Positions 7,990 to 16,674 of a DNA stretch of 32,575 nt are shown here, piece after piece. The notes below the pieces were generated by a model. That model was not told the DNA's origin, did no database searches, and saw only the letters and a program-made list of their open reading frames with translations. The DNA is from Eubacteriales bacterium (GTDB lineage Bacteria > Bacillota > Clostridia > Oscillospirales > CAG-272). The translations under genes and the position numbers were made by a program. The stretch covers positions 1 to 32,575 of the forward strand of contig JAQVWU010000002.1 of assembly GCA_028709565.1 (NCBI GenBank). The letters are read 5' to 3'. Position 1 is the stretch's first letter, and the number at the start of each line of letters is the position of its first letter.

Positions 7990-8925
7990 TTAAATTAAAC
8001 CGAAAGCCGCGCCGCTGAGTTCGCGGACGCATTTATGCCCCTTTTTTTCGCAGAATGCCTCAAGACCGGCGGCAATTTCAACCGGCGCCCGGGGATTCAT
8101 AAAGGCCGCGGTGCCGACCGCTACGGCATCAGCCCCGGCAATCATCATCTCGGCGGCGTCGTCGGCCGTGGCAATACCGCCCATGCCTATTATGGGCAGG
8201 GAGACCGCGGCCCTCGTCTGCCATACCATGCGCAGCGCGACCGGGAATATCGCCGGACCGGACAGACCCCCGGTACCGTTGGCGAGCAGCGGCCGGTATT
8301 TATTCAGGTCAAACCGCATACCGATGAGGGTGTTGATAAGGCTGAGGGCGTCGGCTCCGCCGGCCTCGGCAGCCTTCGCGGTGACCGTTATATCGGTGAC
8401 ATTGGGGGACAGTTTTATTATCACCGGTTTTGAGGAAAAACGTTTTACCTGGGCGGTAATCCGCTCCACCATGCGCGGGTCGGTGCCGAAGGCAACCCCC
8501 CCTTCTTTTACATTGGGACATGAAATGTTGATTTCAAACATATCGACCGCCGTTTCCGACAATATTTCGGCTACCGCGCAGTATTCCTCAACGGTTGCCC
8601 CGGCTATATTGGCTATGACGACGGCGTTGAGTTTTTTCAATCCGGGCAGTTCATTTTTTATAAAATAACGCACCCCGGGATTCTGCAGCCCGATGGCGTT
8701 TAGCACCCCCGACGGCGTCTCGGCAATGCGGGGGGTGGGGTTGCCTTCGCGGGGCTCAAGGGTGAGGGCCTTGACGGTTACCGCGCCGATTTTATCCGGC
8801 ATATAATAGGGGGTATATTCCTTTCCGTAGCCGCAGGTGCCCGATGCGGTTATAACCGGATTGCGCAGACGCACGCCCGCGATTTCCACCGTCATATCTG
8901 TCGTATTATCAGGTCTTATTTCCAT
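7990..8925 (-). CDS. pyrD: Dihydroorotate dehydrogenase B, catalytic subunit
   Basis: 311 aa with LRNPVITASGTCGYGKEY, NISCPNVKEGG and IIGMGGIATADDAAEMMIAGADAVAVGTA. Strong RBS gagggag 5 nt upstream. It overlaps the pyrK stop by 10 nt. Confidence 0.9.
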   Translation of the reverse strand: MEIRPDNTTDMTVEIAGVRLRNPVITASGTCGYGKEYTPYYMPDKIGAVTVKALTLEPREGNPTPRIAETPSGVLNAIGLQNPGVRYFIKNELPGLKKLNAVVIANIAGATVEEYCAVAEILSETAVDMFEINISCPNVKEGGVAFGTDPRMVERITAQVKRFSSKPVIIKLSPNVTDITVTAKAAEAGGADALSLINTLIGMRFDLNKYRPLLANGTGGLSGPAIFPVALRMVWQTRAAVSLPIIGMGGIATADDAAEMMIAGADAVAVGTAAFMNPRAPVEIAAGLEAFCEKKGHKCVRELSGAAFGLI

Positions 8926-9686
8926 TTTATCTCCCTCGCGTCAAACACCGGTCCGTCTATGCAGACCCTTTTATATGTTTCCCTTTGAACCCCTTCTTCG
9001 GTAAACAGGGTGCGGCAGACACACGCGGTACACGCGCCCACACCGCAGCCCATGCGTTCCTCCATTGAAACCTCGCATTCAACGCCGAACTGCTCGCAGA
9101 TTGCCGCGACCGCCGCCATCATTTGGACGGGACCGCAGGTATATACCATGTCCCCTTCCCCCTTTTGCAGCGATTCCCGCAGCAATTCGGTGACAAATCC
9201 CCTTCTGCCGGAGCTGCCGTCGTCGGTGATTACGTCCGCGGGTATACCGTAAGATTTAAATACATCAATATAATGAATCAGCGATGCCGACCTGAAACCG
9301 AGCAGCGCCGAAACCGCTTTTTTATATTTTACGCCAATGGATATCAGGGGATAGATGCCGATACCGCCGCCGACCAGCAGGGCGCGGCGGTTGGGTTTAT
9401 AGTGAAAGCCGTTGCCGATGGGGCCTATGAAATCCAGCGTGCCCCCTTCGGGCATATCCGTCATATAAGCGGTACCCTTTCCGCGCACCTCATAACATAT
9501 GCGCAGGGTCGGTCCGTCGGCAACGCAGATAGAGATCGGACGGCGCAGGGCTGTGTCGCCGCCGCACTTTATCATTATAAACTGACCCGCCATTGCGCGT
9601 TTGGCCGCTGCCGGCGCGTAGATTATCATCTCATAAAAGTGTGCGTCGGGTATAATGCGCCGGTTCAGAACAATTTTTCCGGTCAT
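8916..9686 (-). CDS. pyrK: Dihydroorotate dehydrogenase B electron-transfer subunit (FAD, 2Fe-2S)
   Basis: 256 aa with RRPISI (the RxxS FAD motif) and the C-terminal cluster MGCGVGACTACVC. Translationally coupled to pyrD. Confidence 0.9.
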   Translation of the reverse strand: MTGKIVLNRRIIPDAHFYEMIIYAPAAAKRAMAGQFIMIKCGGDTALRRPISICVADGPTLRICYEVRGKGTAYMTDMPEGGTLDFIGPIGNGFHYKPNRRALLVGGGIGIYPLISIGVKYKKAVSALLGFRSASLIHYIDVFKSYGIPADVITDDGSSGRRGFVTELLRESLQKGEGDMVYTCGPVQMMAAVAAICEQFGVECEVSMEERMGCGVGACTACVCRTLFTEEGVQRETYKRVCIDGPVFDAREIKWK

Positions 9687-9726
9687 ATAAAACCTTCCTC
9701 TTTGATATTTATTATATATTCAGGCT

Positions 9727-9760
9727 AAAAAATCACGACCCGGAGGACCGTGATTTTTTT
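9727..9760. terminator. Intrinsic terminator after the first solute-binding-protein gene
   Basis: aaaaaatcacgacccggaggaccgtgattttttt forms a GC-containing hairpin flanked by an A-run and a T-run. It lies 9 nt downstream of the stop at 9769 (minus strand) and about 40 nt upstream of the pyrK start. Confidence 0.75.
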
Positions 9761-9768
9761 GTTTTAAC

Positions 9769-11223
9769 TCAGCCGCCGTACGCCTCAATGGTCTTATCAA
9801 GGTTTTTATTGGCATTTTTTTCGTTCTTGGCGTATAACGACGCGAAATCGCGGTTTTTTGTGGTGAACATATATTGACCTATGCTGTTGAATACCGACAG
9901 CGCGTTATTATAATAACCCAGGTCGTATATCCTGCCCGCCTTGACTATGTCCAGCATATCGGCCGATTCCTCATCGCGGGCGTATTTTGTAGCCAGCGCG
10001 ACCTCAAAATAAGCGGGGGTTACGTTTTTATATCCCTCGGCACTCAGCCCTTCTATAATGATTGAGGTGCGTTCGGGATCACCCGCCGTGATGGGCACGA
10101 TAATAAGATTGCACCCCGCGTCCACATTGGAATAATACTTGTCGATTGTCTCATCAAACTTTGGCCACGGCACAATACCGAAGTTGGCGTCCATATTCCT
10201 CAGGAAGATCGTTCCGCGGATATTCGTATCGAGGAAGAGCGCCTGATTGTTTGTGAACCTGCCGTAGATGCCGTCGGCGGAGGCTATGCTGGTGTCCAGT
10301 CCCTCCCAGGGCGCGCAGTGACCCGCGTCGCCGTCAATCAAAGCAAAGAATGCGTTGAATATCTCAATGGTAAGGTTTGTATTCAAACTCAGATAGGGCA
10401 GGTCATTGTCGTCTTTTTGTACAATACGCTGATTGCCCGAATACAATACCTGAATCGGTCCGATCCACTCATCGGTCACATACCCAATCTGGTCGTCCGC
10501 AAAGGCGATTTTTCCGTCGCCGTTTATATCAATGGTCCCCATTTCGGCATATTCAACTAATTTATCAAAGGTCCAGGCGTCATCATGCACCAGCTGATAC
10601 GGGTAATCCAGTCCGAGGTCATCAAAAAGATTCTTGTTGAAGAGCATGGCGTTGGTGGCGCCCAGGTTTTTATAGCTGATATCGCCAATCATCATGAGCA
10701 GCTTATAGTTGATGCGAAGGCTTTCCCGGATATCCTGATCCCACCAGGGTTTATCAAGGTCTACAAAGGGCAGGTCGGTATTCCAGTCAAGCAGCAGTTC
10801 CTGCAGCGCGTAGTCGAAGGAAGCGCGCGCGTGGGGGATGATAATGTCATAGGCGTCCTCGTTGGCGAGTATGGATTTGACGCCGTCGTTATCGTAATTG
10901 GCGTTGGATGAGGGAATCACCTCAAATGATACGCCGAAACGTTCGCCCACCGCCGCGTTGCGCAGAAATATAGCATCGTTCATAATATCGCCGTTGAGTT
11001 CCTCGGCGTACATATCCTCAATCCAGCCCTTGTCGTTGCGTATGAGCATGCGGAAGGAATAACCTTCATAATCCGCTTCGGGCAGATTGTCGGACAATAC
11101 CGTTGTTTCCAGCTCCGATTCGGTTACCGCGGTGAGGGCCGTGTCGGATGTTCCCCCGGGTGACTGAGCGCAGCCCGGTAAGATCATCGCGCAGATAAGC
11201 AGTAAAATCAATGTTTTTTTCAA
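9769..11223 (-). CDS. Extracellular solute-binding lipoprotein (ABC-type, carbohydrate-like), paralog 1
   Basis: 484 aa with lipobox LLLICAMILPGCAQ. Conserved blocks shared with the ORFs at 16675 and 27246 include YEGYSFRML, GDIMNDAIFLRN, PWWDQ, DAWTFDKL and the EF-hand-like DINGDGKIAFAD. Confidence 0.8.
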   Translation of the reverse strand: MKKTLILLLICAMILPGCAQSPGGTSDTALTAVTESELETTVLSDNLPEADYEGYSFRMLIRNDKGWIEDMYAEELNGDIMNDAIFLRNAAVGERFGVSFEVIPSSNANYDNDGVKSILANEDAYDIIIPHARASFDYALQELLLDWNTDLPFVDLDKPWWDQDIRESLRINYKLLMMIGDISYKNLGATNAMLFNKNLFDDLGLDYPYQLVHDDAWTFDKLVEYAEMGTIDINGDGKIAFADDQIGYVTDEWIGPIQVLYSGNQRIVQKDDNDLPYLSLNTNLTIEIFNAFFALIDGDAGHCAPWEGLDTSIASADGIYGRFTNNQALFLDTNIRGTIFLRNMDANFGIVPWPKFDETIDKYYSNVDAGCNLIIVPITAGDPERTSIIIEGLSAEGYKNVTPAYFEVALATKYARDEESADMLDIVKAGRIYDLGYYNNALSVFNSIGQYMFTTKNRDFASLYAKNEKNANKNLDKTIEAYGG

Positions 11224-11237
11224 GTGTATACCTCTTT

Positions 11238-11522
11238 TTAAACTATAATATTATTCCGCATCTCTTTGTCATTTTTTTTGAGATATGCCTGTTTTACAGC
11301 CCACGCCAGCTGATCGGCGCAGGAAGTCTTTTTTCCTCCGCAGGTATTACCCGCCAGCTTATCTGTCAGTTCCCCCACCGTCATACCCTCGGTAAGTATT
11401 GAGATTGCTTTCAGGTTGCCGCTGCATCCCCCGGCGAAGACGACATCACGCACAATATCACCGTCGAGTTCAAACGTTATCTTTGTCGAACAGACATGAG
11501 CGGTTTTATATTCATGTTTCAT
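11238..11522 (-). CDS. TSCPD-domain small 4-Cys protein (TIGR03905-like)
   Basis: 94 aa: CSTKITFELDGDIVRDVVFAGGCSGNLKAISILTEGM...GNTCGGKKTSCADQLAWAV. The GGCxGN and TSCxDQ signatures are as I remember them for this family. Confidence 0.7.
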   Translation of the reverse strand: MKHEYKTAHVCSTKITFELDGDIVRDVVFAGGCSGNLKAISILTEGMTVGELTDKLAGNTCGGKKTSCADQLAWAVKQAYLKKNDKEMRNNIIV

Positions 11523-11561
11523 AATTTTATACCTAATATATATGATATATATGCCATGGCA

Positions 11562-13340
11562 TCAGGCTTTGAAAATAAAGCCCGTATCCTGAAGCTTTTC
11601 CTTGACACGGCGGACGGCGTATTCCTCGTCCTCGTGCCACGGCAGATGAAGGTCCACCTTGACATCGGTTGTTATATCCTCACCCAGCCATACGGTATGG
11701 ATGGCCGAGGGTTCGACGGTCAGTCCGATGACCTCCATATCTGCCGCGGTAAGAGCGGTAGCCGTCACTATTAATATCACACCGGTATCCAGCAGCAGGT
11801 TGGCAACCTCGCCCAGTCTTCTTATATGTTCGCCCCGCTCGGGAATTTCTCCCGCCGTTTTTATATCGGCGGCAACCCCGTAGAGCAGACTGCCTATGCC
11901 CAGGTAGTATACATTTTTTCCCTCGTTGAACAGCCGCCTCTCCAGCGCCTTGGCCACCGTCTTTTTGCCCGCACCCGGTCCGCCGGTAATAAGCACCAGC
12001 GCGGCTTTTTGATTCATGCGTTCGGCGCGCTCCAGAGGGGTGATGGAACTCTGCTCCCATTTGTAGTTGCGGCGCAGCACCAGTTCACGGGTTTCGGTCA
12101 GCCGGTCTGTAAGCGCCTCGGTGATAATGCCGCCGCCCGAAATTTCATAGTTGTCAACAATGACGAATCTGCCTGTCGCCGGCAAATCGGACGCCAGGTC
12201 AAAGGCGATGGGTTTTTCGCAGACCAGCACACATTCTGCCACGTCATTCCTGCCTATTTCGGATTTTATACCGCTTGAGAGGTCGGACGCGTCCATGACG
12301 CCGATAATGCTGTCCAGCATGACCTCGGTTTTTATCGAGCCGATTTTCAACAGATAGGTTTTGTTCTTTTCCATCGGGGTGGGCCCAAGCCAGAACAGGC
12401 TGGTTTTGACCCTTGTGGCGACATGCGGGGCAGGTTCATTCGCTTTCGCGGCAAGTTCCCCGCGGCGGATGTATATCTGTTCGTTTACGGTAAAGCCCAC
12501 CGAATTTCCGGCATGCGCCTCACTCTGCGGCGGCCGGTTGAAAGATTCGATTGTCTTTACCGTTGTCTTCTTGCCCGAAGGGTAGAATACAACCTCATCC
12601 CCCGCCGCAATCGAACCGGAATCGATCATACCCGCGATAATACGGCGGTTATCACCCTCCCGCGTAAATTTATAAACGTCCTGCACCGGCATGCGGAAGG
12701 GCAGCCCCTCAGTCTCTTCATCGGTGACGAAAGCGTCCAGTTCCTGTAAAACCGTATTGCCTGTATACCAGGGCGTTTTTTCCGAATGCGATGCGATATT
12801 AACCCCCTCGGTCGCCGAAACGGGTATAAAACAGGTGGGTTTTACATTTATCTTATCAAGGAAAGCGGTATATTCCGAAACTATGCCGGCAAACACCCTG
12901 CGGTCATAGCCTGCAAGGTCCAGCTTGTTTACCAAAACGGCGACCTGTTTGATGCCCAGCATGGACAGCATATAGCCGTGGCGGCGGGAGTTTTCACGCA
13001 CCCCCTCTTTCGCATCTATAACAAGCAGCGCGGCTTCGGCGCGGGAGGCCCCCGTTATCATATTCTTTAAAAATTCAATATGACCCGGCGCGTCGATTAT
13101 AATATACTTGCGCTTTTGCGTATGAAAAAAGCATCTTGCCGCATCTATGGTAATGCCCTGTGACCGTTCATCCTTCAGGGCGTCCAGTAAAAAAGCATAT
13201 TCAAACACCTTTGAGTTTCGGCGGCACATCTCACGTATCATTTCCATCCTGCCTTCGGGCAGTGAATTGGTATCCGCGAGCAACCGCCCGATCACCGTGC
13301 TTTTGCCGTGATCCACATGTCCTACTATGACTATATTCAT
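11562..13340 (-). CDS. CysN/NodQ-type translational-GTPase-like protein fused to a degenerate APS-kinase-like P-loop domain
   Basis: 592 aa. GTPase motifs are G1 [10 protein letters not shown]3 DAPGH, G4 NKLD and G5 SAT. A CysN-like domain II is present ([11 protein letters not shown]). The C-terminal ~170 aa carry P-loop GGPGAGKKT and [18 protein letters not shown] stands where APS kinases have LDGD, and TATA where they have ISP. Confidence 0.8.
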   Translation of the reverse strand: MNIVIVGHVDHGKSTVIGRLLADTNSLPEGRMEMIREMCRRNSKVFEYAFLLDALKDERSQGITIDAARCFFHTQKRKYIIIDAPGHIEFLKNMITGASRAEAALLVIDAKEGVRENSRRHGYMLSMLGIKQVAVLVNKLDLAGYDRRVFAGIVSEYTAFLDKINVKPTCFIPVSATEGVNIASHSEKTPWYTGNTVLQELDAFVTDEETEGLPFRMPVQDVYKFTREGDNRRIIAGMIDSGSIAAGDEVVFYPSGKKTTVKTIESFNRPPQSEAHAGNSVGFTVNEQIYIRRGELAAKANEPAPHVATRVKTSLFWLGPTPMEKNKTYLLKIGSIKTEVMLDSIIGVMDASDLSSGIKSEIGRNDVAECVLVCEKPIAFDLASDLPATGRFVIVDNYEISGGGIITEALTDRLTETRELVLRRNYKWEQSSITPLERAERMNQKAALVLITGGPGAGKKTVAKALERRLFNEGKNVYYLGIGSLLYGVAADIKTAGEIPERGEHIRRLGEVANLLLDTGVILIVTATALTAADMEVIGLTVEPSAIHTVWLGEDITTDVKVDLHLPWHEDEEYAVRRVKEKLQDTGFIFKA

Positions 13341-13378
13341 CGAATATAATATTCCTCCGGTATCTTGTCAGTGCCGAT

Positions 13379-13407
13379 ATTATAACATGTTTCGTATTCA
13401 AATGCAA
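13379..13407 (-). promoter_or_regulatory. SigA-type promoter for the CysN-like operon
   Basis: On the minus strand: TTGCAT, 17 nt spacer, TATAAT. About 40 nt further on come GGAGG and the ATG at 13340. Confidence 0.55.
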
Positions 13408-13518
13408 CATTAACCTTATAAATTAACTGCCGCACCGTCCCGGAAAAAAAGACAATGCGGTTTTATATGTTCTTATGTTTGTGTTTTCGAATGTTTTTGA
13501 TTCCCTGCGATTAAACGA

Positions 13519-14052
13519 TTAAAGTTTTTTTGTATGAACGGGGGTATATGTCAGCTTTCCGTCGATATGTTCGCTCTTCATCAATACAATCTCCCCGACG
13601 GTCTGTTCCTGTTTGGGTACCGAACGGGAAAAGGACGCCGGATTAAAAGAGGTTATGGTCTGAACCTCCCGCCCCAGGGTGAGATGGGGCTTGTATTCGG
13701 CATTGTCCATCTCCATGGAAAAGCCGTTCTCCTTCAGAGCGGCAATCAGCTGTTCACGCAGCCGCTCAAGCTCCGGTGAGAGTTTTATGCCGGCCCAGTG
13801 GATATTTCCCGTGCGTTTTTTGAAAATCCCGTAACCGCCGACCTGAATCGTAAAGGGCGGGACGGTCACGCTGTTCATGGCGTCAATGGCCTTTTCCGGC
13901 TCGTCGGTTTCACCTATAAAGGCCAGCGTGGTGTGAAGCTGCGAACGCGATGAAAAATTGCCCTTTAAAGACTGCGTCCTGAGGTTTACAATCACCTCAC
14001 ACAAATTATTAAGTATCTCGTCGTTAAACATCAAAGCGACAAACAGGCGCAT
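13519..14052 (-). CDS. thpR: RNA 2',3'-cyclic phosphodiesterase (2H phosphoesterase, LigT/ThpR)
   Basis: 177 aa with the two HxT/S motifs: LHTTLAFIGE and KPHLTLGRE. RBS aaggag. Confidence 0.85.
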   Translation of the reverse strand: MRLFVALMFNDEILNNLCEVIVNLRTQSLKGNFSSRSQLHTTLAFIGETDEPEKAIDAMNSVTVPPFTIQVGGYGIFKKRTGNIHWAGIKLSPELERLREQLIAALKENGFSMEMDNAEYKPHLTLGREVQTITSFNPASFSRSVPKQEQTVGEIVLMKSEHIDGKLTYTPVHTKKL

Positions 14053-14098
14053 AATAAACTCCTTTCTTCGTCCGTATCATAATTGTTTAATTAAGCTA

Positions 14099-14127
14099 AT
14101 TATACCTTCTTTGTCTTGACTTGTCAA
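14099..14127 (-). promoter_or_regulatory. Consensus SigA-type promoter for thpR
   Basis: On the minus strand: TTGACA (14122-14127), 17 nt spacer, TATAAT (14099-14104). Confidence 0.6.
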
Positions 14128-14144
14128 TGATATGCTGATATAAT
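14116..14144 (+). promoter_or_regulatory. SigA-type promoter for the GH32-hprK-SBP operon
   Basis: TTGACT (14116-14121), 17 nt spacer, TATAAT (14139-14144). Its -35 box abuts the -35 box of the divergent thpR promoter, which together form the palindrome TTGACTTGTCAA. Confidence 0.6.
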
Positions 14145-14206
14145 AAACATCACAAATCGGTTTGAATTACAAGCAATCTGCGCCATTGAATTTATAAGGA
14201 GCCGTT

Positions 14207-15667
14207 ATGATTTTTATTGCCGATAAAAAATATCTGGTGCTGCCGGTAAACGATCTCTCGCCCGAACGTGATGTCACACTGTTCCGTGGGGGCAATGGGG
14301 TATATACCCTGAAGGTCAGGGCGGACAGCGACAATCCTGCTTACCACAGCTATATATCCCTCGGGCGTTTTGCGGGGGAAAGTCTCGAAATAAACCTCGG
14401 CGCCGGCGAATTCGCGTTATCGGACGACCTGCCCCGGGATATTTATAAAGAACCGCTGCGCCCCGCGGTGCACTTCAGTCCGCGTCTGGGCTGGATGAAC
14501 GACCCGAACGGGCTTGTTTATTATAAAGGGACCTATCATCTGTTTTTTCAGCATAACCCCGCCGGTGTCCGGTGGGGCAACATGCACTGGGGTCACGCGG
14601 TGAGCCGTGACCTGCTGCACTGGGAGGAGAGGGAGATTGCGCTTTATCCGGACAGCTTCGGAACGATGTTCTCGGGCAGCGCGATTATCGATACACGCAA
14701 CCTCACCGGGTTTAAAACAGGAGATTACGATGTCATACTGCTCTATTACACGGCTGCCGGCCAACCCTTTACCCAGTGTATGGCCTATTCCGACGACGGC
14801 GGCGAGAGCTTCAAAAAATACGCGGCTAATCCGGTGGTCGGACATATCGCAGGCTCAAACAGAGATCCCAAGGTGATATGGAGCGATGAACTCGAATGCT
14901 ATATTATGGCGCTGTATCTCGAAGGCAGCACCTACACGCTGCTCAAGTCCGATGACCTTATCAACTGGACCGAATCACAGCGGTTTGAACTGCCGGGGGA
15001 CAGCGAATGCCCCGACTTTTATCCGCTGGAATACGGCGAGTACCTTTTCTGGGTATTCTCCGGGGCGTCCGATCATTATTACATCGGCGGTTTTGAAGGG
15101 GGGCTTTTCATCCCCGTCCGCGAACACGGCAGCATGCACGACGATGCGACCACATTATACGCCGCGCAAACCTTCTCGGGTATGGAAGGCAGCAGGCGGA
15201 TACGCATGTCCTGGAACAGGGCAACCGTTGCCGGAGACGCCGGTATGCCCTTCAATTGCGAAATGTCGGTCCCGGTCGATATGAGTCTCAAACGCAAGGG
15301 CACGGCCTTAGTATTGTGCGCCAATCCCATATCCGAATTCGAATCGCTGCGCCTGCCCTACACTCCGGGAAAGGGCGCCTGCGATATCGAAGCGGTCTTA
15401 ATACCCCGGGCAAAGGCGTCGTTTACCGTATTCGGTCACACCGAGCCCCTTGAAAACATGCCTGTTGACCGCGACGGTTCTCTCAGGATCCGCATTATCG
15501 CCGACCGTACGGGTTATGAAGCGTATTTCGGTGACGGCGAATACTATATCACCCGCGGATTCAAGTGCGACCTCGGTCTGGCTCCCCTTTCGGCTGAAAA
15601 CGCCGAAATCAAATCCCGAAACATATATTCGCTTAAATCTATCCATGATTACCATGATTCCGAATAA
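14207..15667 (+). CDS. Glycoside hydrolase family 32 (beta-fructofuranosidase / sucrose-6-P hydrolase-like), cytoplasmic
   Basis: 486 aa with WMNDPNGL (nucleophile), FSGSA, RDPKV and ECPD (acid/base). No signal peptide. An ~85 aa N-terminal extension precedes the catalytic domain. Confidence 0.9.
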   Translation: MIFIADKKYLVLPVNDLSPERDVTLFRGGNGVYTLKVRADSDNPAYHSYISLGRFAGESLEINLGAGEFALSDDLPRDIYKEPLRPAVHFSPRLGWMNDPNGLVYYKGTYHLFFQHNPAGVRWGNMHWGHAVSRDLLHWEEREIALYPDSFGTMFSGSAIIDTRNLTGFKTGDYDVILLYYTAAGQPFTQCMAYSDDGGESFKKYAANPVVGHIAGSNRDPKVIWSDELECYIMALYLEGSTYTLLKSDDLINWTESQRFELPGDSECPDFYPLEYGEYLFWVFSGASDHYYIGGFEGGLFIPVREHGSMHDDATTLYAAQTFSGMEGSRRIRMSWNRATVAGDAGMPFNCEMSVPVDMSLKRKGTALVLCANPISEFESLRLPYTPGKGACDIEAVLIPRAKASFTVFGHTEPLENMPVDRDGSLRIRIIADRTGYEAYFGDGEYYITRGFKCDLGLAPLSAENAEIKSRNIYSLKSIHDYHDSE

Positions 15668-15712
15668 CAAACGGCAATACAATTAATATCAAATAAATAC
15701 CAGGAGAAACAA

Positions 15713-16642
15713 ATGGACGAATATTCTGTCTCCATCGAAAAAATCATTGACGAACTGCAGCTCGGTATAGTGTACATGCCGCCCGAGAAGAGCGTGCTCG
15801 TCTCCCGCGCCGAGGTAAACCGCCCCGGGCTTGCCCTCTCCGGTTTTTTCGGGCACTTTGAGGCGGGACGTCTGCAGATTATAGGCAAGGGTGAGCACGA
15901 ATATATCACCTCTTTTGACCCTATAACCCGGAAAACCCGCATAAATGATTTTATGTCGCGCAATCCCGTCGCCGTTATTTACACAACCGGTCTTGATATT
16001 CACCCGGAGCTTGAAGAAGCGGCGGAGGAATACGGCATTCCGGTATTGACAACCACTCAGATGACCTCCGAATTCATGGCGGCGCTCATCGCTTTCCTTA
16101 ATCTGAGCCTCGCGCCCCGCATAACGCGGCACGGCGTGCTTGTTGAGGTGTACGGCGAGGGGCTGTTGATTATAGGGGACAGCGGCATCGGCAAAAGCGA
16201 AACGGCAATTGAACTTGTTAAACGCGGTCACCGTTTTATTGCCGATGACGCGGTTGAAATCAAAAAAGTATCCTCAAAAACCCTTGTCGGAACCGCACCC
16301 GACCTGATAAAGTATTACGTTGAGCTCAGGGGTATCGGAATTGTGGATGTGCGGCGCATCTTCGGTATGGGAGCCGTAAAAGAAACCGAAAAGGTCGACC
16401 TTGTCATAAACCTTGAACCCTGGGTTCAGGGAAAGATGTATGACAGATTCGGTGTGGATACCGAAGAGATGACCATAATGGGTATAACCGTTCCCATGAC
16501 CACCATACCCGTAAAACCGGGACGCAATCTGGCAATCATTCTGGAGATTGCGGCGATGAATAACCGTCAGAAGAAAATGGGTTACGATACCGCCGCCGAA
16601 TTCAACAAAATCCTGATGGGACAGATGAATGTGGAAAAATAA
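15713..16642 (+). CDS. hprK: HPr kinase/phosphorylase
   Basis: 309 aa with Walker A GDSGIGKSETAIELVKRGHRFIADDAV and ELRGIGIVDV. RBS caggag. Confidence 0.92.
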   Translation: MDEYSVSIEKIIDELQLGIVYMPPEKSVLVSRAEVNRPGLALSGFFGHFEAGRLQIIGKGEHEYITSFDPITRKTRINDFMSRNPVAVIYTTGLDIHPELEEAAEEYGIPVLTTTQMTSEFMAALIAFLNLSLAPRITRHGVLVEVYGEGLLIIGDSGIGKSETAIELVKRGHRFIADDAVEIKKVSSKTLVGTAPDLIKYYVELRGIGIVDVRRIFGMGAVKETEKVDLVINLEPWVQGKMYDRFGVDTEEMTIMGITVPMTTIPVKPGRNLAIILEIAAMNNRQKKMGYDTAAEFNKILMGQMNVEK

Positions 16643-16674
16643 ATAAACAATAATAAATTTGGGAGGAGATTGCT

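Noticed and set aside
9727-9760. Hairpin upstream of pyrK as a PyrR-regulated attenuator
   Set aside because: The loop and stem lack the PyrR-binding consensus (UCCAGAGAGG-like). The hairpin is fully explained as the terminator of the upstream binding-protein gene.
14150-14200. cre (CcpA) operator in front of the GH32 gene (tgaattacaagca)
   Set aside because: It lacks the central CG and the dyad symmetry of TGWAANCGNTNWCA. I could not find a convincing cre site by eye.
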